Below are positions 1 through 9,026 of a DNA stretch of 39,267 nt, piece by piece. Within the stretch, counting starts at the first letter, position 1, and every line of letters starts with the position of its first letter. The stretch spans positions 1-39,267 of the forward strand of contig CAZYJK010000002.1 of the NCBI GenBank assembly GCA_964647865.1, written 5' to 3'. Made by a program: the position numbers and the translations under genes. The notes beneath the pieces were generated by a model that worked only from the letters and a program-made list of their open reading frames with translations, had not been told where the DNA came from and ran no database searches. The stretch comes from an uncultured Veillonellaceae bacterium. GTDB taxonomy: Bacteria; Bacillota; Negativicutes; UBA1444.

Positions 1-94
1 AACCCGGATTTCACTTCCATCAACTACTTTTATAAAAATGGCATAGGGACCTTTCATTTTGGTGTGGGCTGACAGCCATAACAGGAGGGGCGCT

Positions 95-856
95 GTGAAG
101 AAAGACAGTAAACTCGTTCGATTCATTGAAGAACTCACCGCAAACAGTTGGCCTTCACACGTCCAGCAAACGCTTGGCGAGTGGCGGTTGCGGGCAAATT
201 TGAATGTTTCCAAACGGTCGAATTCGGTATATACCTGCGGCGCATTTCCTGAGTACGAAGGTTGGATGGAAGTTGTGGAGGACTTCTATCGGCGGCGTTC
301 GCTATTGCCTTGCTATTATGTTTGCGAAGCGTCGCCGGCAGAATTGGATGGGCTGCTGGAGTCCAGAGGCTATCGCAAGATTTTTGAATGCTACACGATG
401 GTTGCATCCTGTGCTGAAGTGCTGGCGCGCCCTGCGGAGCCGGGGCGGTTTTCGCCCGAGTTCGCGGAAGAAGCAAATAGCGAGTGGATTCATGACTTTA
501 TCAGATTGGAAGAGTATTCGCCCGATCGGTATGAAGGGTATGTCAATATTTTTTCCGCGATTGGTCCGCGAAAATCGTTTGTTAGTCTGCGTGACCAGGG
601 GAAGCTAATCGCGCTGGGGACGGTAGTTGTAGAGCGAGGCTGGGCCGGCTTGAGCAATATCGTTGTTGACCCGGAACACCGCGGAAAAGGAGCGGCGACC
701 TTCTTGCTCGACGCTCTTGTCAGGTGGTCTATGTGCAGCGGGGCGGAGCAAATCTATTTACAGGTCGTAAAAGATAACTTGCCTGCATTATCGCTTTATC
801 GAAAGCATGGATTTATCCCTCTCTTAGAACACCATTTCCGATTAGCCGATCGGTAA
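95..856 (+). CDS. GNAT-family N-acetyltransferase with an extra N-terminal domain
   Basis: ORF 59..856. C-terminal acetyl-CoA motif VVDPEHRGKGAATFLLDAL and YLQVVKDNLPALSLYRKHGF. I prefer GTG at 95 because AGGAGG (83-88) lies 6 nt upstream; TTG at 59 has no SD. Confidence 0.8.
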   Translation: MKKDSKLVRFIEELTANSWPSHVQQTLGEWRLRANLNVSKRSNSVYTCGAFPEYEGWMEVVEDFYRRRSLLPCYYVCEASPAELDGLLESRGYRKIFECYTMVASCAEVLARPAEPGRFSPEFAEEANSEWIHDFIRLEEYSPDRYEGYVNIFSAIGPRKSFVSLRDQGKLIALGTVVVERGWAGLSNIVVDPEHRGKGAATFLLDALVRWSMCSGAEQIYLQVVKDNLPALSLYRKHGFIPLLEHHFRLADR

Positions 857-896
857 GATTTTTTCTGAGGTAGCATTACGTGCAGGAGGAAACGGA

Positions 897-977
897 ATGA
901 AAAAAATGCGCTTTTGGTTCACCGCGGTTGTTGGGTTTATGCTCCTTCTATCGGAAGTGGCAGTAGCTTCAACCTGA
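897..977 (+). other. 26-codon signal-peptide mini-ORF ending in an in-frame TGA; probable severed 5' end of the 1068..1790 gene
   Basis: ATG 897 follows AGGAGG (884-889) with a 7-nt spacer. It encodes MKKMRFWFTAVVGFMLLLSEVAVAST, then TGA at 975-977. Same frame as 1068..1790, with no further stop between them. Confidence 0.55.
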
Positions 978-1067
978 CGACTGAATATACCTCCCGGTTC
1001 GGTTGAGGTTATAGCATTAACTAATGTTTACAAGGTTGGCGAAGTCTTTCGTACTCACGATGTTGGC

Positions 1068-1790
1068 ATGAATATTTATTACGCCAAAAATCGTTCCAAG
1101 TATCATGGACACAAAGAGTTGCAGTACTTGGCCAATGGGGTGCCGATTTCTGAGGGTTACCAGTTCAAGACTCCCGGTAGAAAGATTATCACTTTAAAAT
1201 ATCAGGGCAAGCAAGGGCAATATGATTTGCAGGTTGTTCCTGCCAACCTCAGCGCGAACACCAAAGAATGCCATATACTAAAAGCTCCTTCAGACCTTTC
1301 TTACAGGCAAACATTTGATTTGTTCGACCCTGCCGATTTTGCGCTGCGATGTTTGAAGACCAATGGGGCATATGATGACTTTGGCGCTGGCGACTTGGAG
1401 TTTTATGCTAATGGAGTAAAATTAGCCAAAGGTTACAAGTTTAAAGAGGCGGGCAATAAAAACTTTGTCATTCGCCTGGGGCGACACAGCGTTCAACAGT
1501 CTCTCACAGTGGTGCCTGCCTTTGACAAGGCCGTAAGCCGTTTTGAACTGCTCAATGAACCAGAGCAAACCCAATACAACGTGGGAGATGCTTTTCATAC
1601 CTGCAAATATACTGTTAGGGCTTTCTTTGAAGACGATACGACAGCCGATTATAGCGGTGATCAGCTTGCGATAACTGCCAATGGCGTTCAGATGTATGAA
1701 AACTATACCTTTGTCAGCCCGGGCGAGAAAAAAATAATCGTCGCGCTTGGCGATTTCAGGAAAACTTCCACGATAACAGTAGTAAAGTAA
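1068..1790 (+). CDS. Hypothetical protein with three ~85-90-aa beta-rich tandem repeats, probably extracytoplasmic; ORF as called lacks a signal peptide and SD
   Basis: Each repeat carries ANGV-x4-(G/N)Y-x-F...G-x-K and ends VVPA or TVVK: LANGVPISEGYQFKTPGRK..LQVVPA, YANGVKLAKGYKFKEAGNK..LTVVPA, TANGVQMYENYTFVSPGEK..ITVVK. No SD before ATG 1068. AT-richer than neighbouring genes. Confidence 0.7.
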   Translation: MNIYYAKNRSKYHGHKELQYLANGVPISEGYQFKTPGRKIITLKYQGKQGQYDLQVVPANLSANTKECHILKAPSDLSYRQTFDLFDPADFALRCLKTNGAYDDFGAGDLEFYANGVKLAKGYKFKEAGNKNFVIRLGRHSVQQSLTVVPAFDKAVSRFELLNEPEQTQYNVGDAFHTCKYTVRAFFEDDTTADYSGDQLAITANGVQMYENYTFVSPGEKKIIVALGDFRKTSTITVVK

Positions 1791-1807
1791 TTTGAGGAGG
1801 CCCCTTG

Positions 1808-2266
1808 ATGAAAACTGATGTAACCATCCGTCCGGCGCGCCAGGACGACATTGCCGCCATGGCCGAACTGCTTTCCATGTTGTTTGCGGTGGAGGAGGAT
1901 TTTGCCGTCGACACAGACAAACAGCGCGCCGGACTCGAGATGTTTTTCCAGTATCCAGACGGGCGGTATCTGGTTGTGGCCGAAAAGCAACAACAAGTCG
2001 TAGGCATGTGCTCGGCGCAGCTGCTGATTTCCACTGCGGAAGGCGGCTGGAAGGCGATCATTGAAGATGTGGTGGTTGCAAAGCAGCTTCGCGGTCAAGG
2101 CATCGGCAAAAGAATGCTTGACGAACTGGCCGACTGGGCCGGGCTGCAGGGCGCGTCACGAAAGGATTTGCTGGCCGATCGCGACAATATCGACGGCCTG
2201 AAATTTTACGACCGGTTGAACTGGCGCAGAACCAATTTGATTGCGTTGCAAAAGCGGGGCATTTGA
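1808..2266 (+). CDS. GNAT-family N-acetyltransferase (~152 aa)
   Basis: Motif A VVVAKQLRGQGIGKRMLDEL. GGAGG (1796-1800) lies 7 nt before ATG 1808; the ORF track starts at the TTG one codon earlier (1805). Confidence 0.85.
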   Translation: MKTDVTIRPARQDDIAAMAELLSMLFAVEEDFAVDTDKQRAGLEMFFQYPDGRYLVVAEKQQQVVGMCSAQLLISTAEGGWKAIIEDVVVAKQLRGQGIGKRMLDELADWAGLQGASRKDLLADRDNIDGLKFYDRLNWRRTNLIALQKRGI

Positions 2267-2287
2267 GCTTGGCTTAGTTGTAACTGA

Positions 2288-3457
2288 TCAGCTTGTTTCC
2301 TGCAAGAAATCGAGTGCGAATTGGGCGTGCAATGCAGCGCCAATCGGCAGCACATCTTCGTCGATGTTGAATTTGTCGCTGTGCAGCGGGTAATCGGTGA
2401 GTTTTTCTTTGTTGCCGATGCCGACAAACGCCAGGGCGCCAGGCGTGTTTTCGCAGAGGAAGGCAAAATCCTCGCCGCCCATCACTTTTTCGATGGTTCC
2501 GGCAATTCCGTCTCCATACAGCTTGTGCAGCGAAGAGGCGGCGATTTGCGCGATCTGCGGATCGTTGATCAGGGGCGGCGCGATGGCGATGTATTCCATC
2601 TCAGCCTGGGCGCGGAAGGTGGCGGCGGTGTTCTTGATGATCCGCTCGATGGCCGCCGGCAGAACTTTGCGGACCTCATGGCTGAAGCAGCGGGTGGTCC
2701 CTTCCAGCGTCACTTCGTCGCAGGTGATGTTCCAGCCGGTTCCACCGGCCAGTTTGCCGATCGTGACGACTGCGGGCTCGAGCGGAGCGATTTCGCGGCT
2801 GCTCACCGACTGGAGGTTCATGATGATGGCGGAAGCGGCCAGGATGGCGTCGATCCCCTGGTGCGGCATCGAGCCGTGGCTTGCTTTTCCCCGAACGGTA
2901 ATCTTCAATTTATCGGCGGAAGCCATGCGGGGCCCGGCCACCATCGACACTTTGCCGCTGGGCAGATCGGGCCAGAGGTGAAGCCCCAGAATCGCATCGA
3001 CATCCTGCATGATTCCGGCTTCCAGCATTTTTAATGCCCCAAGGCCGATTTCTTCAGCAGGTTGGAACAAGAATTTTATCGTACCGCAAAACTCATGCCG
3101 CAATTCCGAACAGATTTTTGCCGCGCCGAGCAGCATGGCGGTGTGGCCGTCGTGACCGCAGGCGTGCATGGCGCCGGGCTTGGTCGATTTATAGGGCAGA
3201 TCGCTCGCTTCGGCAATCGCCAGCGCGTCCATATCGGCCCGCAAGGCGACGGTTTTGCCCGGCCCCTTGCCGGAGAGAACTCCGATCACGCCGCTTGGCG
3301 AAAGCCGCGTTACCGTCAGGCCCATGCTTTGCAACTCGGCGGCTACCTTGTCGCTGGTTTCCGTTTCTGTCCAGGCGACTTCGGGGCAGGCATGGATTTC
3401 CCGGCGCCAGGCAATGATTTGCTGTTTGTGTTGTTCGGCAAGGGTTCGTACATTCAT
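2288..3457 (-). CDS. M20D-family amidohydrolase (N-acyl-L-amino-acid amidohydrolase / hippurate hydrolase type)
   Basis: 389 aa. Metal-site motif MHACGHDGH, then FQPAEE and the dimerisation-lid region typical of M20D enzymes. Confidence 0.88.
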   Translation of the reverse strand: MNVRTLAEQHKQQIIAWRREIHACPEVAWTETETSDKVAAELQSMGLTVTRLSPSGVIGVLSGKGPGKTVALRADMDALAIAEASDLPYKSTKPGAMHACGHDGHTAMLLGAAKICSELRHEFCGTIKFLFQPAEEIGLGALKMLEAGIMQDVDAILGLHLWPDLPSGKVSMVAGPRMASADKLKITVRGKASHGSMPHQGIDAILAASAIIMNLQSVSSREIAPLEPAVVTIGKLAGGTGWNITCDEVTLEGTTRCFSHEVRKVLPAAIERIIKNTAATFRAQAEMEYIAIAPPLINDPQIAQIAASSLHKLYGDGIAGTIEKVMGGEDFAFLCENTPGALAFVGIGNKEKLTDYPLHSDKFNIDEDVLPIGAALHAQFALDFLQETS

Positions 3458-3573
3458 TTTCTGCTGCCGCCCTTCATTTTTTATGGAAGTATATCCCTAT
3501 CATAGCTGCTGGGGCGTTATAATGAAAGGAGCAAATCCACAACGTTGTTTGCTGGGGAGGGGGAGACGACCGG

Positions 3574-4209
3574 ATGAACAGGGAAAGATTGCAGGCCGCC
3601 GAAGCGAGGTTTTTGGCGCGTTATCCTGAAGGATTCGCCAGTCCGCAAATGCTGGAAATCGCCAAAAAACACAAGGTGGAAAAAATGAAAAAAATGGCGC
3701 AAGATAGTTTTGCGCCGGAGCAATTCGGCAGCGCCGACCAGATTGCCGCTGCGTTAGTTAAAGTGGTCAGTCAGTCGTCGTTGGTTTCGGTATTTGAAAA
3801 ACCGAAATTCCGTGACGCGGTCCTGTCGATGAACGATGCGGAAAAAATCCACCTTGCGCAGGGGTTGCACGATTTTTTGCATGGCGACCAGGCGCGGGGC
3901 TTTGGCCAAATGACGGGATTGCTTGAAGAATATAAAATTGCCAAATGGCCGATATTGACGGTGGCTCCGATTTATCTCCGGCCGCACGAAGAGGTTTTTA
4001 TCAAGCCGACCACCGCGAAAAACATCATCGCGCATTTTGAATTGACCGGACTCCACTACCAGGCCAAGCCGACCTATGAATTTTACCGGGCGTACCGGGA
4101 ACAGATCCTGTTGATGAAACGCACGCTGAGTGAGCCGTTGCAGGTAGATAATGCCGCATTTTGCGGATTTTTGATGATGGTGATCGAAGAAAAGGAAAGC
4201 AGGGTGTAA
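3574..4209 (+). CDS. Hypothetical protein (211 aa), no motif recognised
   Basis: ATG 3574 preceded by GGGGAGGGGGAG. Clean ORF. Its stop lies 3 nt before the next gene's start. Confidence 0.75.
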   Translation: MNRERLQAAEARFLARYPEGFASPQMLEIAKKHKVEKMKKMAQDSFAPEQFGSADQIAAALVKVVSQSSLVSVFEKPKFRDAVLSMNDAEKIHLAQGLHDFLHGDQARGFGQMTGLLEEYKIAKWPILTVAPIYLRPHEEVFIKPTTAKNIIAHFELTGLHYQAKPTYEFYRAYREQILLMKRTLSEPLQVDNAAFCGFLMMVIEEKESRV

Positions 4210-4212
4210 CAA

Positions 4213-5664
4213 GTGTGGAATAAGGATGCAATGGATAATTTCATCGACAATCAGCAAGCCGATTTTATCGCGCTCAGCAACAAAATATGGGATTTCGCCG
4301 AGATGCGGTTTCAGGAGTTCCGCTCGAGCGAGCTGCTGATTGATGCGTTGACCCGCGAAGGATTTCAAGTGGAGCAGGCGGTGGCGGGGTTGCCTACCGC
4401 GTTTGTCGCCAGCTTTGGCAGCGGCGGGCCGATTATCGGTTTTCTTGGTGAATATGACGCGTTGGCGGGGCTGAGCCAAAAAGCAGCGCTGGCGCGCAAA
4501 GAAGCGGTTGCATCGGACGGAAACGGGCATGGCTGTGGTCATAACCTGCTGGGGGCCGGTGCATTGGCAGCGGCGGTGGCTGTGAAGCGGTTTATTGCCG
4601 AAACCGGCTTGGCAGGGACGGTTCGCTATTACGGTTGTCCCGGCGAGGAAGGCGGTTCTGGCAAAGCTTTCATGGCGCGGGCCGGCGTCTTCGATGCGCT
4701 GGATGTCGCTCTCACCTGGCACCCGTTCGGGCACAACGGCGTCATGTCGGTTCGCACGCTGGCCAATTTTCAGGTGTATTTTCGTTTCCACGGCCGCAGC
4801 GCTCATGCCGCCGCTGCGCCGCATCTGGGCCGCAGTGCGCTGGATGCGGTGGAACTGATGAATATCGGCGTCAATTATTTGCGGGAGCATATCATTCCGG
4901 AGGCGCGGGTCCACTATGCGATCACCAACGCCGGAGGCGGATCGCCCAACGTGGTTCAGGCGGAGGCAGAGGTGCTGTACCTGATCCGGGCGCCGCAGCT
5001 TGACCAGGTGCGCGAAATCTACGAGCGCGTTTGCCAGATCGCACGCGGGGCGGCGATGATGAGCGGCACCGAATGTGAAATCGTCTTTGACAAAGCCTGC
5101 TCCAACTGTGTACCCAACCAGACGCTGGAAAGTTTGCTGCACGCCAATTTTCAGGTAGTCGGCGCTCCGGCCTTCGATGCGGATGATTTGCTATTGGCGC
5201 AGGAGATCCGGCGCACGCTTTCGGCGACCGACATCGAAAATGATCTGGCGATGGGGGCCGGCTTCATGGGCGGACAACATCCCGACGTCGTTGCCCGATT
5301 GCGCGAGTGCGAGTTGTCGGAGTTGATCCTGCCGTACGTGCATAACGCATCGCTACTGCCAGGGTCCACCGATGTAGGCGATGTCAGCTGGATCGTGCCC
5401 ACCGCGCAGGTCATCGCAGCATGCCAGGCACTGGGCACGCCGGGGCATTCCTGGCAGGCGGTGGCGCAGGGCGCGACGGGGATCGCGCATAAAGGAATGC
5501 TCGCCGCCGCCAAGGTTTTGGCGCGTACCGCAGTCGATCTGCTGCAGGACCCTTCGATTGTCGTAGCCGCCAAAGCCGAATTGCGCAGCAAGCTCGGCGG
5601 CGCAGCCTATGTAAGTCCGATTCCGCCAGACATCCAGGCAAAGCCAGCGGTCGCCAAGAGATAG
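4213..5664 (+). CDS. M20-family metallohydrolase, AbgB-like (aminobenzoyl-glutamate utilisation protein B type)
   Basis: 483 aa. GHGCGHNLLG metal motif and GCPGEEGGSGK, with length typical of AbgB-type M20D proteins. Start is uncertain: GTG 4213 or ATG 4231. Confidence 0.85.
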   Translation: MWNKDAMDNFIDNQQADFIALSNKIWDFAEMRFQEFRSSELLIDALTREGFQVEQAVAGLPTAFVASFGSGGPIIGFLGEYDALAGLSQKAALARKEAVASDGNGHGCGHNLLGAGALAAAVAVKRFIAETGLAGTVRYYGCPGEEGGSGKAFMARAGVFDALDVALTWHPFGHNGVMSVRTLANFQVYFRFHGRSAHAAAAPHLGRSALDAVELMNIGVNYLREHIIPEARVHYAITNAGGGSPNVVQAEAEVLYLIRAPQLDQVREIYERVCQIARGAAMMSGTECEIVFDKACSNCVPNQTLESLLHANFQVVGAPAFDADDLLLAQEIRRTLSATDIENDLAMGAGFMGGQHPDVVARLRECELSELILPYVHNASLLPGSTDVGDVSWIVPTAQVIAACQALGTPGHSWQAVAQGATGIAHKGMLAAAKVLARTAVDLLQDPSIVVAAKAELRSKLGGAAYVSPIPPDIQAKPAVAKR

Positions 5665-5704
5665 AAAGCTGCTTGCAGGTCTATTGATTGAGTATGATCG
5701 AGGC

Positions 5705-6577
5705 TCAGTAACGCAGTTGGCTGCGCTGCGACAGCAACATGCCGGCAAGCATCAGGCCGGCACCGGTCAGTTCGCGTGCGCCGAGGATTTCACCGAGCAG
5801 CAGGAAGCCGCCGATGGCGGCAAAAACCGTCTCCATGCTCAGTATTAGGGCCGCGTGAGCCGGCGAGGCGTTTTTTTGGCCGATGATCTGCAAAGTGTAT
5901 GCGATGCCGACCGAGCCGATGCCGCCGTAGAGGATCGGCACGCCAGCCTGCAGGATCGATTCTAGCGAAAAAGTTTCGATGGCCAGCGCCACTGCCAAGC
6001 TTAGCGCTGCGCAGGTGGCGAACTGTATCGCCGCTAGTTTCAAGCTATCGACCTTGCGGGAGATGTGGTCGATTAGCAGGATATGCGCAGTCCAGAACAA
6101 CGCGCCGGCGAGTTCCAGCATATCGCCGAAGGCAATCGAGAAATCTTCCTTGACGCACAAAAAATAAAGCCCGACTAAAGCCAAAAGGCAACCGGCCCAG
6201 GTATGGAAAGAAATCCGGTGCCTCAGCCAGAGTCCGGCCAGCGGCACCAATACGATGTAGAGGCAAGTGATGAATGCCGCCTTGCCTGCTGTCGTGTAAA
6301 CGATGCCGATTTGCTGCAGCGAGGCCGCGATGAACAGAACTAACCCTGCCAGCAGTCCCATGCGGGTTGCCGACAGGGTGTTTTTTTGAGAAGTTGCTCC
6401 CTGAGGGTAGCGATGGAAAAACCAAATCAGCGGCAGCAAGGAAAAACTGCCCAGTGCGAACCGGATTCCATTGAAGGTAAATGGACCGATAAAGTCCATG
6501 CCGACGCGTTGTGCGACGAAAGCCAGCCCCCAGATGGCGGCGGTGGTCAGGAGAAGAACGTTTGCTCTAGTTTGCAT
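5705..6577 (-). CDS. EamA/DMT-superfamily transporter (10 TM)
   Basis: 290 aa, very hydrophobic, two EamA-like halves (AIWGLAFVAQR... and FWTAHILLIDH...). Confidence 0.85.
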   Translation of the reverse strand: MQTRANVLLLTTAAIWGLAFVAQRVGMDFIGPFTFNGIRFALGSFSLLPLIWFFHRYPQGATSQKNTLSATRMGLLAGLVLFIAASLQQIGIVYTTAGKAAFITCLYIVLVPLAGLWLRHRISFHTWAGCLLALVGLYFLCVKEDFSIAFGDMLELAGALFWTAHILLIDHISRKVDSLKLAAIQFATCAALSLAVALAIETFSLESILQAGVPILYGGIGSVGIAYTLQIIGQKNASPAHAALILSMETVFAAIGGFLLLGEILGARELTGAGLMLAGMLLSQRSQLRY

Positions 6578-6628
6578 AATGGATATATTGTATGCTTGCG
6601 CGCAAATTTGCGCAAGAGGCTGCGGTGC

Positions 6629-8287
6629 TTACCAACCGGCTGCCTTTAACAGGTCGATTGCTGCCTGCGGCGCAAACACCTTGCCAGTTTTCGGGATTTG
6701 AACCACGATGCCTGGCAGGGAATGTGTTTTGGCGCCAATAATCAACTGATTGCTGTCGACAGGCAGCTGCGCCCTCCGCAGTCCTTTTTCAATCAACAAC
6801 ACCGGATGGTTCGGATCGTCGAGATCCAGGCGGGAAACTGCGCCAAGCGCCGCAAGTGCCGCCGCTGTATCGACGAACAACTGCCGCGAAGTGTCGCTGA
6901 GTATGAATCCGAGCGACTGGGCGGTGATTTTGGCGATATCGGTGTTTTCGATCAATCCGGTCGGCTTGTTGGGACCGAACGCGTAAAGGAACAGATCTTC
7001 GCCGGTGTGGCCGGTATAGATCCAGCCGATGGCGGCCCGTTTGCTAAGGATCGGGCCGACGACGGTGGCGAAGGCTCTTTTGCGCGGCGCTTTCTGAATC
7101 GCGATGATTTCTTCGGCGGTCAGATCGTCCACAGCAAAGTTCTGCATCATTTGAATGCGGATGTTGAACTCGGAGCGGTCCGTGCCGATGACCCGGTCCA
7201 TGCCTTCGCCAGTGAAGGCTGCCTGTTTCAGCGGGGCCAATACGGTTGCATAGGGAAGTTTGTCGTAATTCTTGTAGAACTCCTTGCGGCCGATCGACAT
7301 GCCGCCGGTGCCATGATCGGCAAAAGCGATGACTAAGGTGTTGCGATCGTTCTTGGCAAATTCCAGCGCCACATCGACAGCCTCATCATAGGCAAGCAAG
7401 TCACTGATCACGCCCATCGGATCATTGGCATGGGCGGCCCAATCCACTTTGCTTGCTTCGACAAACAGGAAAAAGCCTTTTTCATTTTTCGACAAAGTTT
7501 CGATGGCTTTGGCTGTCATTTCCGCCAGCGAGGGTTCTTGTGGCCCCAGTGTCTGGCGGTCGAGATCGTACATCATCGCTTCCGGCGCGAACAAGCCCCA
7601 GGCTTTTTTGCCGCTGAATTTCAGCAGTTCATCACGGGTTTCCAGCACCGGGTAGCCTTGTTGTTTAAGCACTTCAACCAGATTGAGCGAATCAGTCCGG
7701 GTACCGCCCTGTTCCTTAGGAAGCAGATACTGACGACCGCCGCCGAATACGACGTCGATGTTGCCATGAACCTGTTGCTTGGCAATCAGGTCATAGCGGT
7801 CACGGAATGGCGTATGGGCTGAAAAGCCGGCAGGGCTGGCATGCTGCACCTGCGAGGTTGCGACCAGGCCGACCGATTTGCCGAGCAGGCGGGCCCCCTC
7901 CAAAACTGTGGCGACGGGCTTATTTTCATCTCCCGGTGCAATGGCGCTAACGCCGGGCACGGTTGTTTTTTCCGGCAACACGCCGATGAACTTGCTGTTG
8001 GATTTGTAACCGGTGGCAAATGCTGTGGCGGCCGGCGCGGAATCAGTGATGATTGACTCTGCGCTATAGGTTCGCAGGCCGCCGACCAGGATGCTGTCCA
8101 GCGCCAACGGAGCGCCTTTGTACCAGCGGGTTAGCGTGATGTGAGTCGAGGATGTGCCATCCGTCATCAACAGGATGACATTCTTGGCCGGCGCTGCATC
8201 AACCGGGCAGGGTAGCGCCGAAAGCAGCAATGAACAAACGAGCAGAATCAACCCCAAGCAATTGATTTTACGAAGGGATGATTTCAT
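6629..8287 (-). CDS. phoA: Secreted alkaline phosphatase (PhoA family)
   Basis: 552 aa. N-terminal signal peptide MKSSLRKINCLGLILLVCSLLLSALPCPVDA. Metal-ligand Asp in LLMTDGTSSTH. Active-site Ser motif TDSAPAATAFATGYK. ADHGTGG and GHTGED near the C-terminus. Confidence 0.9.
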   Translation of the reverse strand: MKSSLRKINCLGLILLVCSLLLSALPCPVDAAPAKNVILLMTDGTSSTHITLTRWYKGAPLALDSILVGGLRTYSAESIITDSAPAATAFATGYKSNSKFIGVLPEKTTVPGVSAIAPGDENKPVATVLEGARLLGKSVGLVATSQVQHASPAGFSAHTPFRDRYDLIAKQQVHGNIDVVFGGGRQYLLPKEQGGTRTDSLNLVEVLKQQGYPVLETRDELLKFSGKKAWGLFAPEAMMYDLDRQTLGPQEPSLAEMTAKAIETLSKNEKGFFLFVEASKVDWAAHANDPMGVISDLLAYDEAVDVALEFAKNDRNTLVIAFADHGTGGMSIGRKEFYKNYDKLPYATVLAPLKQAAFTGEGMDRVIGTDRSEFNIRIQMMQNFAVDDLTAEEIIAIQKAPRKRAFATVVGPILSKRAAIGWIYTGHTGEDLFLYAFGPNKPTGLIENTDIAKITAQSLGFILSDTSRQLFVDTAAALAALGAVSRLDLDDPNHPVLLIEKGLRRAQLPVDSNQLIIGAKTHSLPGIVVQIPKTGKVFAPQAAIDLLKAAGW

Positions 8288-8317
8288 CAGTCACACCTCA
8301 CTTCTCTCGTATACTAC

Positions 8318-8986
8318 TTAGGCAAAACGGGCATCCCATTCACGCAGCAATTCTTCGCCAGCGCTGACGCCGATGCGATTGGCGCCTGCTTCCAGCATCG
8401 CCAGGGCCTGGTCGAGAGTGCGGATGCCGCCGGAGGCTTTGACTCCCATGACCGGACCGACCGTGTCGCGCATCAGCTTGATATGCGAAGCATCGGCTCC
8501 TTTGCTGGCAAAGCCGGTCGAGGTTTTGACGAAATGAGCGCCGGCCTGCTGCACCAACCGGCAGGCAGTAACAATTTCATCCGGCGACAACTCGCAGGTT
8601 TCCAGAATCACCTTGACGGGTGCACCGGCTGCCGCCTTCACAACGGCGGCGATATCGGCGATCACCTTCGTATGGTCGCCGGCCTTGAACGAGCCGAGAT
8701 CAAGCACCATATCCAGTTCATCAGCGCCGAGATCTCGCAGGCGGGCGGCTGAAAATGCCTTGACTTCGGTCAAATCCGTGCCGTGAGGAAAGCCGAGAAC
8801 CGCGCCAACCAACACGCCACTGCCTTTCAGATGGGTGACTGCCAGTTCCAGATGACAGGGCTGGACCATCAGTAATTTGAAACCGTGTTTTTTGGCGACT
8901 TCGCAGCCAACCAGGATATCTTTGGCGGTAGCGGTAGGCTTTAGAATCGAATAATCAAAAGTCTGGACAAATTCATTACGCGTCAT
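8318..8986 (-). CDS. deoC: Deoxyribose-phosphate aldolase
   Basis: 222 aa. Schiff-base lysine motif HFVKTSTGF and VKASGGIRT. SD GAAGGAGG upstream. Confidence 0.9.
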   Translation of the reverse strand: MTRNEFVQTFDYSILKPTATAKDILVGCEVAKKHGFKLLMVQPCHLELAVTHLKGSGVLVGAVLGFPHGTDLTEVKAFSAARLRDLGADELDMVLDLGSFKAGDHTKVIADIAAVVKAAAGAPVKVILETCELSPDEIVTACRLVQQAGAHFVKTSTGFASKGADASHIKLMRDTVGPVMGVKASGGIRTLDQALAMLEAGANRIGVSAGEELLREWDARFA

Positions 8987-9026
8987 TTAGCAAGATTCCT
9001 CCTTCAATTAGGCGGTTGCCGCCTGC

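Noticed and set aside
975-977. The in-frame TGA as a selenocysteine codon. A small hairpin, ACCTC...GAGGT, lies about 10 nt downstream.
   Set aside because: The position is at a signal-peptide cleavage region with no redox context. The hairpin is only 5+3 bp and lacks the SECIS-like apical features I know. No selenoprotein family fits. Nonsense mutation or sequencing error is more parsimonious.
3754-5142. A 462-aa ORF on the minus strand, and similar long antisense ORFs at 2321-3034, 14037-14618, 22962-23675, 23672-24292 and 36367-37182.
   Set aside because: Each lies antisense to a gene with clear family motifs. They have R/H/Q/G-rich low-information composition, no SD and no recognisable motif. 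This is the usual stop-poor antisense frame of GC-rich coding DNA.
6595-6616. The hairpin CTTGCGC-N8-GCGCAAG between phoA and the EamA gene, as a terminator.
   Set aside because: The stem is only 7 bp, and no U-tract follows on the transcribed (minus) strand. It is more likely incidental or a minor processing site.
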